Shown here piece by piece: positions 58,800 through 64,000 of a DNA stretch of 64,000 nt (position 1 is its first letter; every line of letters begins with the position of its first letter). The notes beneath the pieces were generated by a model. It was not told the origin of the DNA. It did no database searches and saw nothing but the letters and a program-made list of their open reading frames with translations. A program made the translations under genes and the position numbers. Origin of the DNA: an uncultured Ignavibacteria bacterium (GTDB lineage Bacteria; Zixibacteria; MSB-5A5; JAABVY01); NCBI GenBank assembly GCA_964627935.1, contig CAZVLB010000007.1, forward strand, positions 98,457 to 162,456, in the 5' to 3' direction.

Positions 58800-59333
58800 A
58801 TGAGTGTCTATAAATATTGCCCGCAATGCAGGGCCGAACTGGAGGATTACAGCGACGAGGGTTTCCAGCGTCAACGATGCCCGGAATGCGGATTTATTCA
58901 TTATCGCAATCCCGCGCCGGCGGCCGGATGTGTGGTCTTTCATGAGGGTCGGCTGTTATGGGTGCAACGTGCTCATTATCCCAGGCAGGGCTACTGGACA
59001 ATCCCGGCCGGTTTTATCGAATGGGATGAGTCCCCGGCCGAAACCGCGGTCCGTGAATTAAAAGAGGAGACCAATCTGGATGTATGCATTACCGGTCTTT
59101 TTAAGGTCTACAATGGCAATGATGATCCGCGAACAAATGCCATCCTGATCCTGTATTTCGCCGAACCTGCAGGCGGTGAACTTAAGGCGGCCGATGATGC
59201 CATGAAAGCGGTCTTTTTTGAACGTGATGAGATGAGTCCCGATAAAATAGCATTCGAGTCGCATCGCCAGGCGCTGCATGACCTGAAAACCCATTACCCG
59301 GAAAAGTTTAGAAGCCATGCTGATAAAAAATAA
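58800..59333 (+). CDS. NUDIX hydrolase with N-terminal zinc ribbon (NudC-like minimal architecture).
   Basis: The Zn ribbon is CPQC...CPECG. The Nudix box is GFIEWDESPAETAVRELKEETNLD. Confidence 0.8.
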   Translation: MSVYKYCPQCRAELEDYSDEGFQRQRCPECGFIHYRNPAPAAGCVVFHEGRLLWVQRAHYPRQGYWTIPAGFIEWDESPAETAVRELKEETNLDVCITGLFKVYNGNDDPRTNAILILYFAEPAGGELKAADDAMKAVFFERDEMSPDKIAFESHRQALHDLKTHYPEKFRSHADKK

Positions 59334-60792
59334 GTTCTTCCTGAGGCTGTTTCTGCTCTCTTTTGTGCCCTTCCTGATTCTTTCGCTGGTTGCAGTCTAT
59401 CTCTTTAACCAGGGTATCAGCCAGGTGATTTCACCCGGTTTTGAGCAGTCCCTGCGCAATTCTGAGTATATGGTTGAAAACAACCTGGAATTGTACCGGC
59501 TGCGATTTCTGAACCTGGTGGATATCCTGGCCAAGGATTCATTGACCTCCGAAGATATAAAATATTTCGACCTGATCATATTCATTTCCCAGACCGATAC
59601 CCTGGCAATCAAATCCCTGGAAAACGAAGAGTACAACCGCATGTTCATGGAGGAAGCGGCCTTTAAAGCGGGGGCATTCCCGGAGATAATCAGCTTTGAG
59701 GGACGCATACTGGTATATCAGCGTATCTCACTGGCGCCATCATTGGATCCATCACCGCTGTTGATCCTGGGGCAATATCTGCCCGACGATTTTTCGCAGC
59801 GTGCGGCGGAAATCATCAGCGCCAAGACCGAGTACAATCGCCTGAAGAATTTCGTCGAGGCTTCCGGCAGCAATATCGCCTGGTTTTTATGGATAAGTGT
59901 AACAGTGATTTTCCTGACATTTATTATTTATATCGCCCGCTGGTGGGCCAATTCGCTGATCAAACCAATAAATAATCTCTCGCTGGCGGCATTTGAAATC
60001 GCCAAGGGCAAATGGGGCAAGACTGTCAGCTATACCAAAGATGATGAACTGGGTACGCTGGTATCATCGTTCAACTACATGTCCGGCGAATTGCGCAATA
60101 ACGCCCAGCGCCTGCTCCAGGCCGAAATCGAGGCGGGATGGAAAAATACCGCGCGGGTTATCGCTCATGGAATCAAGAACATCTTAAGTCCGATCAAGAC
60201 AGCCATGCATAAGCTAACCGGCGCCTCGGATATGGAACAGGCCCGCAAGGATATCGAGACAATCTCGACCGAGATTGCCAAGCTGGAAGATATAGCCAAT
60301 GATTTCTCCATGTTTGCGCGTTCGCCCGATATACGGCCGGTGCTGGTCAATGTCAAGCGTATCTGCCAGGATGCCATCGAACTGGCCGGACGGAATTATC
60401 CCGCTATCGAGAAGAAAATCGATGTCGCCGATGACATCTACCTGGAGACGGATTATGAAATCCTGCGCAGCCTGCTTTTTAACCTGGTCAAGAACAGCCT
60501 CGAGGCAATGCAGGAATCGGGCCGTCTGGAAATCACAGCCATGCGCGATGATAATGTTGTTATAATAACCGTCAACGACACCGGCCCGGGAATCCCGCGC
60601 GACCTGAAAGAGAAGATCTTCAAGCCCTATTATACAACAAAATCCCGCGGTACCGGGCTGGGACTTCCCATAGCCAAAAAATTTGCCCAGGCCCTGGGCG
60701 CGGAAATGGAACTTGATTCCGATCAGGATGGAACCACTGTGACTCTTGAATTTGGCGGTGCAGGTGAACAAGAAAGTCCTTTTAGTCGATGA
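59317..60792 (+). CDS. Sensor histidine kinase (2 TM, HAMP, HisKA, HATPase_c), NtrY-like.
   Basis: HAMP is ANSLIKPINNLSLAAFEIAKGKWG. The H-box is AHGIKNILSPI. The G-boxes are DTGPGIP...GTGLGLPIAKK. It overlaps the NUDIX gene by 17 nt. Confidence 0.8.
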   Translation: MLIKNKFFLRLFLLSFVPFLILSLVAVYLFNQGISQVISPGFEQSLRNSEYMVENNLELYRLRFLNLVDILAKDSLTSEDIKYFDLIIFISQTDTLAIKSLENEEYNRMFMEEAAFKAGAFPEIISFEGRILVYQRISLAPSLDPSPLLILGQYLPDDFSQRAAEIISAKTEYNRLKNFVEASGSNIAWFLWISVTVIFLTFIIYIARWWANSLIKPINNLSLAAFEIAKGKWGKTVSYTKDDELGTLVSSFNYMSGELRNNAQRLLQAEIEAGWKNTARVIAHGIKNILSPIKTAMHKLTGASDMEQARKDIETISTEIAKLEDIANDFSMFARSPDIRPVLVNVKRICQDAIELAGRNYPAIEKKIDVADDIYLETDYEILRSLLFNLVKNSLEAMQESGRLEITAMRDDNVVIITVNDTGPGIPRDLKEKIFKPYYTTKSRGTGLGLPIAKKFAQALGAEMELDSDQDGTTVTLEFGGAGEQESPFSR

Positions 60793-62116
60793 CGACCGGC
60801 CCTTCACCGAGCAGATCGGCTCACTTCTCGATGGTGAAGGCTATAAAATAGATTCAGAGAACATTTCCGCCAATGTGCTCCAGCGCCTTAAAACAGGCTC
60901 CTATGCCGTGGTTCTTCTGGATATTCAGATGCCCGATCCGGACGGGCTGACACTTTTAAACAATATTCGTCAGCTTAAAAGTCCTCCCGAGATTATCATG
61001 TGTTCCGGGCAGGCCTCATTGCAGGAAGCGGCCGATTCAATCAAAAACGGCGCCTCGGATTTCCTGGAGAAACCGCCTGATGTCAAGCGTCTGCTGGTAG
61101 TTATAAAAAGTGCCATGGAAAAATATAACCTGCGCCAGGAAAATCGACGGTTCCGTGAGGAAAAACTTTCGCGCTACGAAATAATCGGTGAAAGCGAGCA
61201 GATAGTAAAACTGCGCCATACAATAGAAAGCGTGTCAGCAACCGACAGCCGGGTACTGATCTGGGGCGAAACCGGCACCGGCAAGGAGCTGGTCGCCTCG
61301 CAGATTCATTATCGCTCCGCCCGATCATCTCAGCCGCTTGTGACGGTAAACTGCGCGGCAATACCGCACGATCTGGCTGAGTCAGAACTGTTCGGACATA
61401 AAAAGGGTGCCTTCACCGGGGCGATCAGCGACCGTCATGGCAAATTCAAGCAGGCCGATGGGGGCAGCCTGGTACTGGACGAAATTGCTGAACTTCCGCT
61501 TGCCTTGCAAAGCAAGTTACTGCGTCTGCTGGAAAGCAATGAACTGGAGATGATCGGATCGGACAAAAAGGTTGAAATTGATGTGCGCCTGATATCCATC
61601 AGCGGCAAAGACCTTGAGGAACAGGCCAAACAGGAAAAATTCAGGGCCGACCTGTTGTACAGAATCAATACTATCCCGATCTATGTCGCGCCTCTTCGCG
61701 AACGCAAAGAGGATATCCCGCTTCTATTTCATCATTTCTTCAATCGCTTAAAAGAATCCACATATCAGTTTGAACGAACCTACGAAAGCGATATCATAAC
61801 GCTTCTAAATTCACATGACTGGCCCGGAAATATCCGGGAGCTGCGGAATTTCACGGAACGTCTGTTTTTTATCTGCGACCGCGATGAAATCAACCGCGAT
61901 TTCGCATCGAAATTGATGAGTAGCGGTGATCATGCAACTGATGAAGATCAGTTTTCGGAGAAAAATATTCTCAAAAGAAATGTGGCCGGGTTCGAGAAAA
62001 ACTTTTTGAAAATCAATCTCAGGCAAAGTGGCGGAAACATATCGGAACTGGCCCGCAAGCTGGGTATGGATCGCGGCAATCTGTATAAGAAACTCAAAAA
62101 GTATAAACTGTTGTGA
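60746..62116 (+). CDS. Sigma-54-dependent response regulator (REC + AAA+ + Fis HTH), NtrX/NtrC-like.
   Basis: REC is KVLLVDDD...LLDIQMPDPDG. Walker A is GETGTGKE. GAFTGA and ESELFGH are present. The C-terminal HTH is ISELARKLGMDRGNLYKKLKKY. The start is uncertain: TTG 60746 in the ORF track, or alternatively GTG 60758 or GTG 60764. It overlaps the kinase 3' end. Confidence 0.8.
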   Translation: MNLAVQVNKKVLLVDDDRPFTEQIGSLLDGEGYKIDSENISANVLQRLKTGSYAVVLLDIQMPDPDGLTLLNNIRQLKSPPEIIMCSGQASLQEAADSIKNGASDFLEKPPDVKRLLVVIKSAMEKYNLRQENRRFREEKLSRYEIIGESEQIVKLRHTIESVSATDSRVLIWGETGTGKELVASQIHYRSARSSQPLVTVNCAAIPHDLAESELFGHKKGAFTGAISDRHGKFKQADGGSLVLDEIAELPLALQSKLLRLLESNELEMIGSDKKVEIDVRLISISGKDLEEQAKQEKFRADLLYRINTIPIYVAPLRERKEDIPLLFHHFFNRLKESTYQFERTYESDIITLLNSHDWPGNIRELRNFTERLFFICDRDEINRDFASKLMSSGDHATDEDQFSEKNILKRNVAGFEKNFLKINLRQSGGNISELARKLGMDRGNLYKKLKKYKLL

Positions 62117-62266
62117 TTTTTACAACATTACTATCATAGCGATTGTAAAATATACAACGCCATGTATATATAATATCCGGCTTTTGGCCGATTTGGCCCA
62201 AATAACGGCTATTTTCGCATGCGGTACAATGTTTGCTATTTATAATGGCAAACAAAGGAGGAACGA

Positions 62267-63979
62267 TTGGTTGATAACAAGATTACGATTCTGATAATTC
62301 TGGCGGTACTGCTTTTTATTGCCGCACTTTTTCCAAACGGGGCGGCCGCCCAATCGGGCAATAAATTCCTGATCGATTACATGGAAGATGATTTATACAT
62401 AGAATTGAACTTCGCTGGCCAGCGCAAGACAGTGTCATCATCATGCGCTTTGGTTACCTATTTCGAGAACGAAATCAGTATCGCTGACGGTCCGGTATTT
62501 TCCGGCCAGTCTATCGTATGGGATGATATCGAGGTTCCTTATGAGTTACTCAAAGTGCGCAAGGTCGAACGGATTTCCGATGACCGAGTGCTGGTTGAAT
62601 TCCAGATCAAGGATGAACCCCCGCGTCGTCGCATACCAACAGATATGTTCAACGCCTTCAAGCCGGCCATTATCGACTCGGAGATTTTCGTGCGCGGTGA
62701 CCTGATCAATGTCGGCGCAGATGTTGAATTATACGGCGAGGTGGCAGATAATCTGATCAGCCTGTTCGGCGATGTGACGCTTCATTCACGATCGCTGGTG
62801 CGCGAAAACGTGGTGGTCATTTGCGGACGGGTATATCGTCATGAGGATTCTCAGGTGTATGGGCAGATCGTCTCGATGAAAGGCTGGCAGGAAGGCGGAA
62901 GGAAATATGGTTCACGGCGCGGGTATTACCGCGAGATTGAATTCCTGGGGTCGTTTTCATACAACCGTGTGGATGGGCTGGGGGTCAATATCGGGCTTAA
63001 ATATGAAGACCCGGATCATATCTTTCCATCGGTTTCAGGATCATTCGGCTATGCTTTCGAAGCCGAAAGAACCCGTTATGACCTGACAGTATCACAGAGG
63101 ATATTCAATAAATATGCCCTGGAACCATACGGCAGCCTGTATCGTGAAACAGCCACCGAGGATGACTGGATCGCGGGCAAAAATGAGAATACTGTCTATG
63201 CCCTGCTGGTGAAAGAAGATTTCCGCGATTACTATGAGAAAGAGGGCGGCAAAGTCGGAATCAAGCTTCATATAGGCGATCACAATAAGGTCGATTTCGC
63301 ATACAGCTATGACCGGCTGGACTGGATGGATGCCCATCCGCGGCTGTGGAGCCTGTTCGGCCAGGAAAGATTCAGGCGCAATTTCAGTACGGTCCCCCTG
63401 GATCTTCTGGATCAGTATCGTTCCGACTTCGAGAGCAAATTGTCGCTTTTTACTGTCACCTATACATTCGATAGGCGTGACAATATCTATGACCCCTGGG
63501 CGGGATGGTACGGTGAGGCTATGTATGAAAAAGCAGGCGGCGATCTTAAGGGCGACCTGACTTTTTCACGCTGGCGTTTCAGCCTTGTGCGTTATCAGCC
63601 CCTGAACGAGTACCTGGGATTCAACCTGCGCACCATCTACGCCGGATCATCGGACAGGATTCCGATTTTCAAGAAATATTACCTGGGCGGCCTGCGCTCG
63701 CTCAGGGGCTATGATATCAAGGAATTTTTCGGCGATCAGATGTTTCTGGGGAATATCGAATATGTGGTCAGCTTCAATGCCTACTCGCGCGGGATGATCT
63801 TCTTCGATATCGGCAAGGTGATCGGGCAGGATGATGATATCTTCGATGATGGCGAATTCAAGTCTGATATAGGTCTGGGTGTCAGCCTCTCCCCCGGATT
63901 CAGGGTGGAGCTGGCCAGGGCCCTGGATGATTCTGATGCCGATCTCAAATTCTGGGTTACATTCGGCAAATCATTCTAA
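62267..63979 (+). CDS. Omp85/BamA-superfamily outer-membrane barrel (Bac_surface_Ag-like) fused to an N-terminal beta-helical (bactofilin-like) domain; no POTRA domains.
   Basis: TTG start, with AGGAGG 6 nt upstream, and a signal peptide. The beta-helix-like repeats are IFVRGDLINVGADVELYGEVADNLISLFGDVTLHSRSLVRENVVVICGRVY. The C-terminal barrel carries the Omp85 motif YYLGGLRSLRGYDIKEF and ends ...FWVTFGKSF. Confidence 0.6.
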   Translation: MVDNKITILIILAVLLFIAALFPNGAAAQSGNKFLIDYMEDDLYIELNFAGQRKTVSSSCALVTYFENEISIADGPVFSGQSIVWDDIEVPYELLKVRKVERISDDRVLVEFQIKDEPPRRRIPTDMFNAFKPAIIDSEIFVRGDLINVGADVELYGEVADNLISLFGDVTLHSRSLVRENVVVICGRVYRHEDSQVYGQIVSMKGWQEGGRKYGSRRGYYREIEFLGSFSYNRVDGLGVNIGLKYEDPDHIFPSVSGSFGYAFEAERTRYDLTVSQRIFNKYALEPYGSLYRETATEDDWIAGKNENTVYALLVKEDFRDYYEKEGGKVGIKLHIGDHNKVDFAYSYDRLDWMDAHPRLWSLFGQERFRRNFSTVPLDLLDQYRSDFESKLSLFTVTYTFDRRDNIYDPWAGWYGEAMYEKAGGDLKGDLTFSRWRFSLVRYQPLNEYLGFNLRTIYAGSSDRIPIFKKYYLGGLRSLRGYDIKEFFGDQMFLGNIEYVVSFNAYSRGMIFFDIGKVIGQDDDIFDDGEFKSDIGLGVSLSPGFRVELARALDDSDADLKFWVTFGKSF

Positions 63980-64000
63980 TCATGAATATTTCAGGAGATA

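Noticed and set aside
60214-60807. 197-aa antisense ORF within the histidine kinase gene.
   Set aside because: Shadow ORF. The sense strand has HAMP/HisKA/HATPase motifs.
1-64000. Searched for CRISPR arrays, IS elements/transposases, integrases, prophage genes and rRNA.
   Set aside because: No regularly spaced direct repeats and no transposase/integrase-like ORFs were found. No rRNA signature was found. The window appears to be core or accessory chromosome without mobile elements.

Overview
This 64 kb window is chromosomal DNA with roughly 50% GC. The encoded proteins resemble those of an uncultured FCB-group-like bacterium, suggested by a T9SS C-terminal sorting domain, CarbopepD_reg-TonB receptors, Big_5 and DNRLRE lipoproteins. 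It is densely coding, and I found no transposases, integrases, CRISPR arrays or phage genes.

Gene content runs left to right as follows:
- A 7TMR-DISM sensor kinase and a partial transporter.
- A TonB-dependent receptor, a small orphan ORF, and an LRR lipoprotein.
- A Na+/solute symporter translationally coupled to a secreted outer-membrane-like protein.
- spoVG followed by tRNA-Gln(TTG), then a convergent PilZ gene.
- EF-G and a prolyl oligopeptidase.
- An 11 kb cell-surface glycan locus of about 16.7-27.9 kb: Wzz, deacetylase, sugar formyltransferase, GT9, WaaL/Wzy-like ligase, GT4, CapK/PaaK-like adenylating enzyme, Wzx and a methyltransferase.
- A SufS-like cysteine desulfurase with an overlapping small ORF and a tandem pair of V4R-like paralogs.
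- A heterodimeric ABC exporter pair and a Mut7-C RNase-domain protein.
- An OMP and a Big_5 lipoprotein upstream of a MacAB/DevBCA-like operon that has two distinct FtsX permeases.
- A saccharopine-dehydrogenase-family enzyme and a LysM/PG-binding protein.
- A 1184-aa HYR-like/PKD T9SS cargo protein and a DNRLRE lipoprotein.
- An RRM RNA-binding protein and a stand-alone KAS III.
- An SbcD-like nuclease plus a membrane-anchored Rad50/SbcC-like ATPase.
- rex with a perfect Rex operator upstream.
- A STAS/anti-sigma-kinase/PP2C partner-switching module.
- A Zn-ribbon NUDIX, a HAMP histidine kinase and a sigma-54 response regulator.
- An Omp85-type barrel fused to a beta-helical domain.

The most interesting candidates for undescribed biology are the SufS + small ORF + V4R-pair cassette, the hookless membrane-anchored SbcCD-like pair, the sigma-less partner-switching/Rex neighbourhood, and the POTRA-less Omp85-beta-helix fusion.
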